Assembly: GCF_028641065.1 (NCBI RefSeq)
Contig: NC_073393.1
Span: forward strand, 21,638,001 to 21,702,000
Origin: Leucoraja erinacea
Lineage: Eukaryota
Length of the DNA: 64,000 nucleotides
Direction of reading: 5' to 3'
A program made the translations under genes and the position numbers. Positions 25,795 to 38,066 of the stretch are shown in pieces. The notes under the pieces are model-generated. The model searched no databases. It had not been told where the DNA came from and was given only the letters and a program-made list of their open reading frames with translations. Within the stretch, counting starts at the first letter, position 1. Each line of letters starts with the position of its first letter.

Positions 25795-26243
25795 TAGTTT
25801 TAGTTTTAGAAAAAGGCCCTTCGTCCCACCGTGTCCACGCTGACCATCGATCACCCCATGCACTAGCACGATCCCACACACTAGGGGCAATTTACTGAAG
25901 CCAATTAGCCTACATTCTTGGCAAGAAACTGGAGCACTTGCAGAAAACAAAGATCAGCACAGTAGCGCAGCGGTAGAGCTGCTATCTTACGGCGCCAGAG
26001 ACCCGGGTTTGATGGCGACTACGGCTGCTGTCTGCACGGAGCTTGTTCCCCCTGTGACTGTGTGGGTTTTCTCCGGGTGCTCCGGTTTCCTCCCACACGC
26101 CAAAGACGTACAAGTTTGTAGGTTAATAGACGTCAGTAAAAATTGTAAATAGTCCCCAGTGTGTAGGGTAGTGCTAGTGTACGGTGTGATCGCTGGTGGG
26201 AGTGGGCCGAAGGGCCTGTTTCTGCGCTGTATCTCTAAACTAA
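25795..26243. mobile_element. Two HE1-like SINEs in opposite orientation (partial minus copy 25795-25950, plus copy 25957-26243)
   Basis: Consensus matches on opposite strands. Confidence 0.85.
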
Positions 26244-26633
26244 AGAGAACGGCAGATGGCTGTAAGTGACAAAGGCTGGAGGTGAAAAGGAGATAAAAGG
26301 GTGTCAGGTGCGGACAGGAAGAGTGAAATGTAAAGCCGGAGGGAGGGAGAGTGGAAGGGGCAGGGGAGCGGTCGGGAAATAAGGCGGTTAAAAGGGAAAT
26401 GGGGTGATGGGGATGGGAGATGTCCATGGAGATAGAGGGCCTTCTGCTTCTCAGTTGCTGTTGTCGTCTTGTTCCTCAGGCTGTGTGGTTGGCCTGGGCC
26501 TGTTGGCGGGGAGCAAGCAGTTTGAGTTGAGGTGGGATCTCCGGGCCTGTGTGGTTGGTGTGATGGTCAGAAAGGCCAGGTTGAGGTGGGGTCTCGGAGC
26601 GTGCGTTCCTCACACTGTCTGCTTGCCCCTCAG

Positions 26634-26732
26634 GACTTGATCAACACCATCCTGAGTGCGCTGCTCTTCCCCATTGCCTCCATCGTCCTCACCGCCATGA
26701 ACCATAAGAGGAGCGGGGAGATCGCCGCTCTG
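26634..26732 (+). CDS. CMTM4: CMTM4 coding exon 3
   Basis: cctcAG acceptor; DLINTILSALLFPIASIVLTAMNHKRSGEIAAL (99 nt); GTGAGT donor. Confidence 0.96.
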
Positions 26733-26800
26733 GTGAGTGACCTGGATGACCGCAGACCCCTTGAAGTCCCTGGAGCCGGCACGTGTTGTGGGGGAGCGTG

Positions 26801-27080
26801 CCCCCTGACCTGTGACCCCGGGGAACATGCCCCCTGACCTGTGACCCCAGGGAGCGCGCCCCCTGATCTGTGACCCCAGGGAGCGCGCCCCCTGATCTGT
26901 GACCCCAGGGAGCGCGCCCCCTGATCTGTGACCCCAGGGAGCGCGCCCCCTGATCTGTGACCCCAGGGAGCGCCCCCTGATCTGTGACCCCAGGGAGCGC
27001 GCCCCCTGATCTGTGACCCCAGGGAGCGCGCCCCCTGATCTGTGACCCCAGGGAGCGCGCCCCCTGATCTGTGACCCCAG
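26801..27080. repeat. 29-bp GC-rich minisatellite, ~10 units, CMTM4 intron 3
   Basis: Unit cccctgatctgtgaccccagggagcgcgc. One unit is 27 bp, and the first two units read tgacct. Confidence 0.97.
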
Positions 27081-27249
27081 TGAATGTGCCATGGGGATCT
27101 CGGGGAAGTCCTGCCCCCCCCCCCCCCCCCCCCACCCCCACCCCCCCCCCAAAACACGATGGAGCTGCCATAATGCTGTCAATTACAAATATCTGACCTG
27201 TATATTTACGTTCTGTCCAACAACCAGCAGAATGTCCTCTCTCTATCCA

Positions 27250-28112
27250 CAGTCACAGTCAACAGGCCATTCGGCCTAACCCACCCATGCCGGCCAACAT
27301 GCCCCATCCACATTAGTCCCACCTGCCCATATTTGGCCCATATCCCTCTAAACCTTTCCTATCCATGTACCTGTCCAAATGTCTTAAATGTGGTTATATT
27401 ATCTGCCTCAATGACCTCCTCATTCACCCTTTCTATCTCATGATCTTATACACCTCTATAAGATCACCCTTCACCCTCCTGCCCTCCAAGGAATATAGTT
27501 CTAGGCTGCCCAACATCTCCCTAGAATTCAGGCCCTCAAGTCCTACAACATGGAACAGTACAGCACAGGAACTGGCCCTTCGGCCCACAATGTCCATACT
27601 GAACATGATGCCAAGTTAAACTAATCTCCTCTGCCTGCACGTGACCCATATCCCTCCATTCATTATCCATGTGTCTATACAAAGCCTTTTAAATGCCACT
27701 CTCATACCTGCCCTCGCCACCACCCCTCGTAGCATGTTTCATGCACTCACCATTTTCTGTGGGTAAAAAAAATATGCTTTGCACATCCCCATTAAACTTT
27801 GCCCCTCTGGCCTGAAAGCTAAACCTTCTCGCCTTTAATTTTTTCCATGCTGGGAAATAAATTCTGACTGACCGAAGATGGCTCCCGACCCGTGTCACCT
27901 GTGGGTCACCTATCCACGTTTTCCCAGGGTGCTGCCTGACCTGCTGAGTTACTCCGGCACTTTGTGTCTTTTTCTGTCTATCAATGTCTCTCATAATTTT
28001 ACATACTTCTATCAGTTGTCCCCTCAGCCTCCGGTATTTCAGAGAAAACATTCCCAAGTCTGCCCAACCTCTCCCTGTAGCTAACACCCTGATTCCAGGC
28101 AGCATTCTGGTA
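27250..28112 (-). mobile_element. Tandem CR1 LINE 3' fragments with a Penelope-derived insert (~27885-27970)
   Basis: MLPGIR...LGMFSLKYRRLRGQLIEVCKIMRDIDR on the minus strand. Confidence 0.8.
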
Positions 28113-28366
28113 AATGAGGTTTAGTTCAGAGATACGACATGGAAACGCCCTAAGGCCCACCGAGTCCATGCCGACCATCGATCATCCGTTCACAGTCGTT
28201 GTCTGTTATCCCACTTTCTCATCCACTCTCTACAATTTACTGAGGCCGGGATCGATCCCGCTGTAATGGCAACAACTGGCTGCATCACCCGTGCCGCCCT
28301 GTGATGGTCAGTGTTGGTTGTGAGAGTCTACGTGCGGGACTAAAATGTGTCACCCCTTCTCCTCTC

Positions 28367-28494
28367 NNNNNNNNNNNNNNNNNNNNNNNNNNNNNNNNNN
28401 NNNNNNNNNNNNNNNNNNNNNNNNNNNNNNNNNNNNNNNNNNNNNNNNNNNNNNNNNNNNNNNNNNNNNNNNNNNNNNNNNNNNNNNNNNNNNN
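28367..28494. other. Assembly gap (128 N)
   Basis: Run of n. Confidence 1.
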
Positions 28495-28870
28495 CTCTCT
28501 CCACCCCCCCTCTCTCTCTACCCCCCTCTCTCCACCCCCCCTCTCCACTCCCCCTCTCCCCCCTCCCCCCCCCCCTCTCCACCCCCCCCCCTCTCCACCC
28601 CCCCTCTCTCCCCCCCCTCCCTCTCTCCCCACCCCCCTCTCTCCCCTCCACCCCCCCCTCCCTCTCTCCCCCCCCTCCTCCCCCCACCCCCCTCTCTCCC
28701 CACCCCCCCTCTCTCCCCCCCCCCTCTCTCCTCGCACTCTCCTCTCTCTCTCCCCACTCTCTCTCCCCCCACCCTCTCTCTCTCCCCATCCTCTCATCCC
28801 CTCTCCCCACCACCCTCTCTCTCTCTCTCTCCCCCCCCCCCTCTCTGTCCCTCTCTCCCCTCCCCCCCCT
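28495..28870 (+). repeat. Low-complexity C/T tract abutting the CMTM4 exon 4 acceptor
   Basis: Almost pure pyrimidine with ctctcc(a)ccccc units. Confidence 0.95.
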
Positions 28871-28874
28871 GCAG

Positions 28875-29051
28875 GTGTTTGGGTACCTGTCCGCCGCTGC
28901 CTACCTGCTCAACTCCTACCTGGCGATCAAGGTGTGGCGTTTGAGTGACCGGCGGCCGGCAGCTGTGCAGGCCAGTGAGTACACGCGGGCACGATCCGAG
29001 TCCCGTGGAGAGGTGGAGGGACGGCCCGAGGTACAGCGGCTGGACGAGTGA
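28875..29051 (+). CDS. CMTM4: CMTM4 coding exon 4 (stop TGA); protein 211 aa
   Basis: ctgcAG acceptor; [22 protein letters not shown]...[24 protein letters not shown], matching the CMTM4 C-terminus (YIRARTESR...RPEIQRLD). Confidence 0.96.
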   Translation: MFGYLSAAAYLLNSYLAIKVWRLSDRRPAAVQASEYTRARSESRGEVEGRPEVQRLDE

Positions 29052-29544
29052 GGGAGCTGCCCCCTCCCTTCTACTCCCCCCACCCCCCCTCTCCTCCACC
29101 CCCCCCACCTTGCCTCCCCCTCCCCCCCCCCCCCCCCCACAAAGTACAGAGGCTGGAGGAGTGAAGGACATCTGCCCCATCTCCTCTACTGCCCCTCACC
29201 ATCCCCCCCCCCCCCGGCATAGAGCCAGCGAGGGGGCAGTGAGGGGGCGGGGAGGGGCCGAGCCATCTCCGGGACTGGGCCCTGGATGGGAGCCGCCGTC
29301 GCTGCCAGAGGTTTCGAGCTCTGGGATCAATCTGAAGGTGGAAAGATGTGGCCTGTTCGTCCCTCAACAGACGCTGCCTGGCGCGCTGAGATCCTCCAGC
29401 ACTTTCTGTCTTTTTGTTCCTGATTCCAGCGTCTGCAGTTCCTTGTGCCTCCCAGAAAGGATCATGTCCTTATTCCCTGCTCTGATTCACCCCGTCACAC
29501 GAGAGTGAATGTGAGCACATGGGAACACGGGTTTGAGTGCGTTT

Positions 29545-29780
29545 ATGGATGTGTGTGTGAGTGCGCTTGTGTGTGAGTGTGCTTGTGAGAGTGAGCATGT
29601 GTGTGTGAGGGTGAGTATATGAGCATGGGTGTGTGTCTACGTGTGAGTGTGTGTCTGCGTGTGAGTGTGTGTCTGCGTGTGAGTGTGTCTGCGTGTGAGT
29701 GTGTGTCTGCGTGTGAGTGTGTTTGCGTTTGAGCCAGTGGGTGTGTGAGTGGGTGTGAGAATGATTGCGTGAGTGTGAGA
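29545..29780 (+). repeat. TG-rich simple repeat (~18-bp gtgtgagtgtgtgtctgc units) downstream of the CMTM4 stop
   Basis: Visible tandem array. Confidence 0.9.
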
Positions 29781-31299
29781 CGCTCCTGTCTCCAGCGTGG
29801 CCTATTTACGGGGTGGAGGACGTTTCCCCATCTGCTTTCTGACCTCCCATCGAAGATGAGTGAGGAGTTGTTGGCGTTGCTGTAGCGAGGCTGCTGCATG
29901 TCTGCGCACCTCCCCCGAGGCGGCGCCGTGCAACAGGGGCACCGCCAACGATGCATTACCCGCCGGTGAGCCTCCGGATCTTCAGCTTCGACGCCACCAT
30001 CAAGCGCAGGCACAGTTGCGACGTTGCATTATGCAATGGACTTGGCAACCGTGCCGGCTGCTGCTCTCTGTCAACCTGGCCTCGACTTGCAGAGAGTCCT
30101 GATTTGACCAGGAGCTGCTTGACCCTCTCATCCCCAAACTCCTGAGCCTCACCACATCTCCAGCGGTGTTGCTGGTTATTATTGTCGTGCAGGTTGCTGG
30201 GTGGGCTTGCTCCGCCAACCCCAGTGGAGACCCACAGACGGCTGTGGTGGGGCTTCCATCATCTCCATGCTCACAGATACACACAGAAAGCTGGAGAAAC
30301 TCAGCGGGACATGCAGCATCTCTGGAGAGAAGGTCTTCTCTCCAGAGATGCTACCTGTCCCGCTGGGTTACTCCAGCTTTTTTGGTCTATCTTCGGTTTA
30401 AACCAGCATCTGCAGTTCCTTCCTACACATCTCCACGCTTGCCTTCCCTTCACTGGTTGTCTGAGTGTTGCAATAATGCCCTCAGAGCTGTTAATAGCTG
30501 ACTATTTATTACTAGACAGAGTTACTGAATCAGAATTGTTAATGTATCTGTTCATAAATGTACGAAGACAGTGACTTGCATTTTTTCGAAAGCACCATCA
30601 ACAATTGGTCCCAACATGTTCCAAAGTGCTCTTCAGCCAATGTCAGTGTCAACTTCTAGAGTCACAGTGCTGGACAACTGGGAAACAGAATATGGACATT
30701 ATTGTGTCCATACCGACCGCTGGCATTCTGGGCTAGTCCCATTTATCCTATTTGCATTGGGCCCATACCCCTCTAAACCTTTCCTTTCATTTAGTTTATT
30801 TGCACATGTACCCAGGTATAGTGAAAAGCTTTTTGTTGCGAGCTATCCAGCCAGCAGAAGGACTGTACATGTTTTAAATTTAGATGTACACAGTGTGCAT
30901 ATACAGGATTAGAGGAATAATGTTTAGTGCAAGATAAATTCCAGTAAAGCCCGATTAATGATAGTCCGATCGCAGAGAGGTGGGGTCTGGAACGCGCTGC
31001 CAGGGGTGGTGGTGGAGGTTGATACATCAGTGGCGTTTAAGAGGCTTTTAGATAGACACATGGAAGTGTAGGGAATGAAGGGATAGGGATTACATGCAGG
31101 CAGAGGAGATTAGTTTAACTTGGCATCATGTTTGGCACGGACATTGTGGGCCGAAGGGCCTGTTCTTGTGCTGTACTGTTCTATGTTTGGTGGCTGTGAA
31201 ACAGCTGAGGGAATGCAGTCCTGGGTTGCTGATTCCTACAAGTTTAGAGTTTTGTTCGGCAGCTTTGTCCAAACTTCTGAGAATCAGCGGGTAGGAGAG

Positions 31300-31590
31300 G
31301 AGCAGCGCTGTGGTGCAGCGGATAGTGCCAGGATCACAGTCTGCGGAGTGCAGTCGGTGCGGAGTTTGTGCGTTCCCCCTGTGACCATGTGGGTTTTCCC
31401 CGGATGCTCCGGTTTCCTCAAACACTCCAAAGATGTACAGGTTTGTAGGTTAATTGGCTTTGGTAACATTGTAAATTTGTCCCTAGTGTGTAGGATAGTG
31501 CTAGTGTACGGGGTGATCGCTGGTCGGCGCAGACTCGGTGGGTCGCAAGGCCTATTTCCACGCTGTATCTCAAAAAATATCTAAACTCAA
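31300..31590 (+). mobile_element. HE1-like V-SINE
   Basis: V domain and tail; head partly deleted. Confidence 0.85.
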
Positions 31591-31986
31591 ACATGTTGTA
31601 TCTGTGGGGTACCCAGAATTGGCCCAACAGCGTTGTAATGGAATAGCGGCTTTGAAGAGCCGTCCTAACATTCCCAAGCACCAATTAAATTTGCAGGGAG
31701 GGAATGGGGGAGAGATGGTGGAGAGAACATCACATCAATATCCTCATCTCACCACCAGGCGTCAGTGGCGAGCTGCCACCCATGTTTAGAGTGGCCCAGT
31801 ATCACCTCATCTGTTGGAATCTGTAGTAAAGAGTGGTCTTCTAAACAATAGATTAGAAACAGGGAACTGGAGGTGCTGGGTTACAAAGAAAAACTGTGCT
31901 GGAGTAACTCAGCAGGTCAGGCAGCATCTGTGGAGATGAAATTTTGGGTCAAGACCCTTCTTCGGACTGAATTTCTTCAGAACTCG

Positions 31987-32200
31987 GGTGGCACAGCAGT
32001 AGAGTTGCTGCCCTGCAGTGTCAGAGACCCAGGTCTGATCCTGACTATGGGTGCTGTCTGCGCAGAGTTTTTATGTTCTCCATGTGACCATGTGGATTTT
32101 CTCTGGGTGCTCTGGTTTGCTCCCACACTCCAAAGATGTGCAGATTTGTAGGATTCTGTAGATTATCCCTAGTGTGTAGGATAGTGCTAGCCTATGGGGT
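31987..32200 (+). mobile_element. HE1-like V-SINE, 3' truncated
   Basis: Head and V domain. Confidence 0.85.
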
Positions 32201-33260
32201 GACCAATCAGAATACAAACCTTGAACAGCTTTTGCCCAAAAGATTTCTTTAGAAGGGTCCTGAGTCACAATGTCACCTATCCACCTTCTCCAGGGATGCT
32301 GCCTTACCCGCTAAGTTACTCCAGCAATCTGTGTCCTGCCTTGTAAACCAAATAGTTCTTTGTTGAAGAAAGGACCAAGCTGTTTTATTTTTTGTACAAT
32401 GCTTGAAGCGTCACCTTAAGTGCCTATTGCAACTCGTAAGAGACAAAAGTTGGTCTTGTAAACCACATTTTGCTTTTCCATTAATTAGACCTCACTCACC
32501 ATGACAACCCTTTGTGTTTGGAGCGGGTAGAAATCAGGGTCCACGGTGAGGCACAGGACAGGTTGTTGTGCTATAACACGACAGTTACACTCCTAACAAA
32601 CTAGCGTTATAGAAAATCGTGTGAGGAAAACTGAGATTGGTTAATCTAGGCATCATGTTTAGCACAGACATAGTGGGCCGTGGGGGCCTGATCCTGTGCT
32701 GGACTGTTCTATCTTATAAAAACAGCGGCGTCTGTTGGGAAAAGGGGTTAGGGACTGGAAAGTTTCAGATCGCAATAACAAACTTATTTTTCCCTGCAGG
32801 ATTTTAAACACACAAAGGTCTTTAAGATGGGTGGAGTAAGTGACAAAGGCTGGAGGTGAAAAGGAGACAAAAGTGTGTCAGATTAGGAGAGAGGAGGAGG
32901 AGTGAAATGTAGAGCTGGAGGGAGGGATGTGGATGGAGAGGGAAATAGGGGGGGGGGGGGAGATTGGGGTCATTATGTTGCCCCAATCTCTTTTTGAAAA
33001 TTGCCCATGTTTTGGTGGGGTTTGAGGCAGGATGCAGTCCAATTTGTTGTTGACACTGAAGGTCAAAGCACATCGACCCTGTCCAAATATGAAATCTGGG
33101 TTTAATGGGAGGTGAGTTTTTCAATGTCCTGTGTTGTGGTTTATTGTAACTTGTTGACCCCTTTTCTCTCAGTTCTACTGTGTTTTTTTTTTGTAGATGT
33201 TTAGATTTTTACAGGGTGTTGTGGAGCCACTTGTACAGAGTCTTTGTGGTATCATTGTCA

Positions 33261-33266
33261 AATAAA
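33261..33266 (+). promoter_or_regulatory. Candidate CMTM4 polyadenylation signal (~4.2-kb 3' UTR)
   Basis: AATAAA after a U/UG-rich unique stretch (33100-33260), with gttgttgg downstream. Confidence 0.5.
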
Positions 33267-33380
33267 AACCAAATATAACAGTCGCGGTTGTTGGCGAAGT
33301 GTTTGAGGAAAGACTTTACACCCAATTATTAACCTTCCCCTCTGCAGGAAACAGGAGGTGTCAGTGGTTGAAATGTCTCC

Positions 33381-33579
33381 NNNNNNNNNNNNNNNNNNNN
33401 NNNNNNNNNNNNNNNNNNNNNNNNNNNNNNNNNNNNNNNNNNNNNNNNNNNNNNNNNNNNNNNNNNNNNNNNNNNNNNNNNNNNNNNNNNNNNNNNNNNN
33501 NNNNNNNNNNNNNNNNNNNNNNNNNNNNNNNNNNNNNNNNNNNNNNNNNNNNNNNNNNNNNNNNNNNNNNNNNNNNNNN
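33381..33579. other. Assembly gap (199 N)
   Basis: Run of n. Confidence 1.
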
Positions 33580-34134
33580 CTACCCTTGCCGTGAACAGAG
33601 GCAGCCACTCTGGGTGGCACAGTGGTGCAGCATTAGAGTTGTTGCCTTACAGCGCAAGAGATTCTGGTTCGATCCTGACTACAAGTGCTGCCTGTACCAG
33701 CCCCGGAATATTTGTTTTATATCTCTCCATCACTGTCTACATCTCTTGTTTCCCTTTCCCCTGACTAGTCTGAAGAGGGGGCTCGACCCGAAATGTCACT
33801 TATTCCTTTTCTCCAGAGATGCTGTCTGACCGTGAAGTTACTCCAGCTTTTTTGTGTCTATCTTCTGTACTGTGCTATGTTGTTTCTATATCTGACAATC
33901 GGTCTGAAGTCGGGTCTCAACCCGAACACCTCATTTATCCATATTCTCCAGAGATGTTGCCTGACCCGTTGAGTTACTCCAGCACTTTGTAGCTTTTGTG
34001 TAAACCAGCATCTGCTGTTCCTTGTTTCCACAGAATTTCTACCCGTTGCTAATCAGCAGGTAGACATTGTCCTGCAGGAACACCAACAACCTCCAGGTGG
34101 CAGTGGTGGTGGTAGGCGGTGGATAAGATCAATT

Positions 34135-34950
34135 GGACAAGGGGATTGAAGGCTTTGTGACCAAGTTTGCAGATGATGCTAAGAAGGTGGTGGGGCAGGC
34201 AGAGTGAAGGAAGCAATGTCTCTGTAGATGGACTTGGAGAGGTTAGGAGAGTGGGCAGAGAAGTGGCAGATGAAATTCAGTATAGTAAAGAATGGAGTCA
34301 TGCATTTTGGTGGAGATTATTTTCTAGAGAGAGAATCCAGAAATTGGAGTTGCAAAGTGAATTGTTAATTTGCACGTAGAATCGGTAGTAAGGAAGGCAA
34401 TTTCAATGCTAGCATTTATATCAAGAGGACTGGAATATAAAAACAGAGATGTAATGCTGAGGCCTGGTCAGGTCGCAATTGGAGTACTGTGAGCAAATTT
34501 GGGCCCCATATCTGAGGAAGGATGTGCTGGCTCTGGAGAGGGTCCAGAGAAAGTTTACACGAATGATTCCAGGAATTAGTGGGTTAGCATATGATGAGCG
34601 TTTGACAGCACTGGGCCTCTACTCGCTGGAGTTTAGAAGGTTGAGGGGGGGGGGCCTCATTGAAACTTTCAGAATAAGAAAGGCATATAGTGGATGTGGA
34701 AAGGATGATTCCACTGGTGGGGAAGTCTAGGACCAGAGGTCATAACCTCAAAATAAAAGTGCCTCTTTTAGAAAGGAGGTGAGGAGGAACTTCTTTAGTC
34801 AGTGGATATTTTTAAGGCAGAGATGGACAAATTCTTCATTAGAACGGTGTCAAGGGCGAAGGCAGGAAAATGGGATTAGGATGCAGAGATCAGGCGGAGT
34901 AGACTTGATGGGCCGAATGGCCTAATTCTACTACTATAACTTGTGAACTT
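34135..34950 (+). mobile_element. CR1 LINE RT/3' fragment
   Basis: KFADDAK and EYCEQIWAPYLRKDVLALERVQRKFTRMIPG. Confidence 0.88.
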
Positions 34951-35239
34951 GCAGTGAGCAGCCCCAACGCGCTCAGTGGCGCTACCATCAGGCTTGCTGA
35001 GGTATTGCAGGCAGTGACCATTGCACAAAGACTGTTGCCCATTTGGCCCCTTTACTTCAATCTCCCCTCCCTGTTCCCTTTGCCCAATGTGCCATTGCCC
35101 TTATTGAACTCCTTGCGTAGTGTCACTACCTGTCACTCAATCAGTACTGAGGGAGCTCCATACTGGGAGGGGTGGAAGTGAGGGAACACCAGGTTGTTTG
35201 GTTGTACGGGGAAACTAGTGAGCCAGATAATAGTGTGTA

Positions 35240-36485
35240 AGTGGAGTATTGCGTGCAGTTCTGGTTGCCCCATTACAGGAAAGCTGGAGAGGCTTTGGAA
35301 ACGGTGCAGTGAATGTTTACCAGAATGATGCCAAGATTGGTGGGTGTTTGCTACAGGGAGAAGTTGGGAAAACTTTGGTTAGTCTGGAACGCCAGAGATT
35401 GGGAGGAGACCAGATAGAAGTATATACAATTATGAGAGGCATAGATATGGTAAACAGTCAGAACCTTTATCCTAGGATGGAAATATCAAATAGTAGAGGG
35501 CATTACATTAAGATTAAAGGGGAAAGCTTAAAGGAGATGTGTGTGGGGAGGTTATCTTTAACAGAGGGTAGTGGGTGTCTGAGATGCGCTGCCAGGGGTG
35601 GTGAGGAGGCAGATACGATAGTGGCATTTAAGAGACTTTTGAATAGGCACAAGGATATGGAGGGATACGGATTATGTGCAGGCAAGTAAGAGATGGACTT
35701 GTGGCATCATGTTTGACACAGACGTTGTGGGCTGAAGGGTCTTCTCCTGTGCTATATTGTTCTATGTTCCAGGATGGAACTGCAGATGCTGGTTTATACT
35801 GAAGATAAACACAAAATGGGACTTGGGAGTGCTGGTACAGGTTTCCAAAAAGTTAATTTGCAAGTCGAAATGGTAGTAAGGAAGACAAATGCAATGCTAG
35901 CATTTATTTTGAGAGGGCTAGAATATAAAGACAGGGATGTAATGCTAAGGCTTTATAAAGCACTGGTCAGACCACTTTTGGAGTATTGTGAGCAGTTTGG
36001 GGCCCCTTATCTGAGGGGGGATGTGCTGGCATTGCAGGGATGTTTATGAGAATGATCTGAGGAATGATTGGTCTAACAAATGATGAGCGGTTGAAGGCCC
36101 TGGGCCTGTAGTTGGATGAGAGGGAGAGGGGGGATCTCATTGAGGCCTGGACAGTGTGGATGTGGAGAGGATGTTTCCACTAGTGGGAGAGTCTCGGACC
36201 AGAAGGCACAGCCTCAGAATAAAAGGACGCCTTTTGAAAGGAGATGAGGAGGAATTTATTTAATGAGAGGGTGGTGAATCTGTGGAATTCATTGCCACAG
36301 ACCTCTGTGGAGGCCAAGTCATTGGATATTTTTAAGGCGGGGATTGACAAATTTTTGATTAGTAAGGGTGTCAGGGGTTACGGGGGAAGGCAGGGAAATG
36401 GGGTTGAGAGGGGAACAATGATCAGGCATGATTGAATGGTGGTAGACTTGATGGTCTAATTCAGCTCCTATAACTTATGAACATG
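35240..36485 (+). mobile_element. Two CR1 LINE 3' fragments (~35240-35770 and ~35820-36485)
   Basis: SLERQRLGGDQIEVYTIMRG, RLYKALVRPLLEYCEQF and RVVNLWNSLP. Confidence 0.87.
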
Positions 36486-37595
36486 AAAATACTGGAGTAA
36501 CTCAGTGGGTCGGGCAGCATCTCTGGAGAAGAGGTATAGTTGATGTTTTGGGTCAGGACCATTCCTCAAACTGGTGAAAAATGTGTGAAGACGGATCCCG
36601 ACCCAAAACGTCACCTATGCCCGACACACTGCGTTATGTCAGCATTTTGTGTCTATCGTTCCATGTACTTTTAAAATAGAGGAAGCTGTTTTAGTTCCCA
36701 CTTTGTGTTTCCCTTTGTCTGTACATTTCTGTAAGCACCGAGGCAGGATGCCCACAAACCCATGACTAAAACCACTTCCTCCCTCAATCCTCCAGTGCCA
36801 CCACCAGTGTGGAGAGCAGCGCTGTGCGGTGGCTGTAGCTCCCAGCAGGGCAGGCAGCTTCCACTTTCCATGTTACCGAATCGTAGAAACTGTAGGTTCA
36901 GTGCTGCTGGTGGCAATGCAAGGTCCTGAGGGCGGAGTGCAGCAAACTCTGTAATTGAGTGGGGAAGCGTATATACACCTGAGGCAGAGAGAGCAGGGAC
37001 CGGTATTGAGGGCATGCTGGACTGGGAGGGGTGGTGAGGGAGCGCCGCACTGTTAGAGGGCAACGGGCCCTTCGGCCCAACTTGTCCATGCCCCATCCAA
37101 GTTGGTTGCATATGTCCGTGTTTGGTCCATATCCCTCTAAACCTTTCCTATCCATGTACCTGTCAAAATGTCTTTTAAGCTTTGTTATTGTACCTGCCTC
37201 CCACTTTCTCCGGCACGTCCTCCATGACTGCAGGTAGTCATTGGCTGATGTTCGGAGCCCAGTTCCTCGGTCTCCTGGAAGATCCTTGACTCAAGCTGAC
37301 ACTCACTCGCAGGTAAGGCAGAGCTGTAGTGAACCGCTTGGGTAGCTGACAACCCAACAGTATGAACATCGAATTCTCCACTTTTAGATAACCTACAAAT
37401 ACATCCCCTCCTCCCCCCCCTCCCCGTCCTTGTCTGCTTCAAGATGACCCATCACTCGCCATGTCCTGTCCTGTCCCCTCCTCTCCTCCTGTTTTCACCC
37501 ACCCCGGGTAGAGAAAAGTTGTCTGTCCATTCCCTCCACAGATGCTGCCTGACCCGCTGAGTTCCTCCAACACTTTATGTTTTGAACAAATTAAT

Positions 37596-37601
37596 TTTAT
37601 T
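37596..37601 (-). promoter_or_regulatory. Candidate CMTM3 polyadenylation signal
   Basis: AATAAA on the minus strand ~470 nt after the stop, at the end of a unique stretch. Confidence 0.5.
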
Positions 37602-38066
37602 GGATAATTTGCCTGTGGTTTCACCAATGCAGAGGAACACAGGATGAGCGAGGGATCACTAATGCCCCCCCCCCCCCGTACCAGAGTGAAACCTTCATGT
37701 TGAATCAAGAGCGTATCTATTACATGTCTGAAACATGATGTAGTGGTGAGTTGGAGTTAGGGGCGAGACTTGTAAAGACAACACTGACAGGCAGCAGAGG
37801 AATAGTTGGGACCACACGGAGCAGTGGGATCATTCACCTGGGTGGGTCAGGTCTGTAGATCCCTGAGAGTGAGTCATTGTTGCAACAGGGATCCGTGGAT
37901 GCCACAGTGACATCTCTGGCCTGTTATCAGGGTGAGGGGGGGGGAACCTCCCAGCCTGTACTGTCCACAGGGAGGGGGGGCTGTGGGGGTGACGTACACA
38001 GGTGAGGTTTGTTGTAAACATGCCGCTGGTCTCACGCGCACACGAGGATCGACCTGTCCCGGCCCT

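Noticed and set aside
26610-27182. Repetitive 160-190 aa ORFs, or a CRISPR-like array
   Set aside because: Translation of a head-to-tail minisatellite with no unique spacers, in a eukaryotic intron.
28285-28948. Long Pro- or Gly-rich ORFs crossing N runs
   Set aside because: Artefacts of the assembly gap and the C/T tract; only 28875-29051 is coding.
37830-37865. Alternative CMTM3 last exon (ctctcAG|GGATCTACAG...)
   Set aside because: The exon at 38104-38067 has a better acceptor and encodes the conserved SDSDS tail; this site falls in its 3' UTR.
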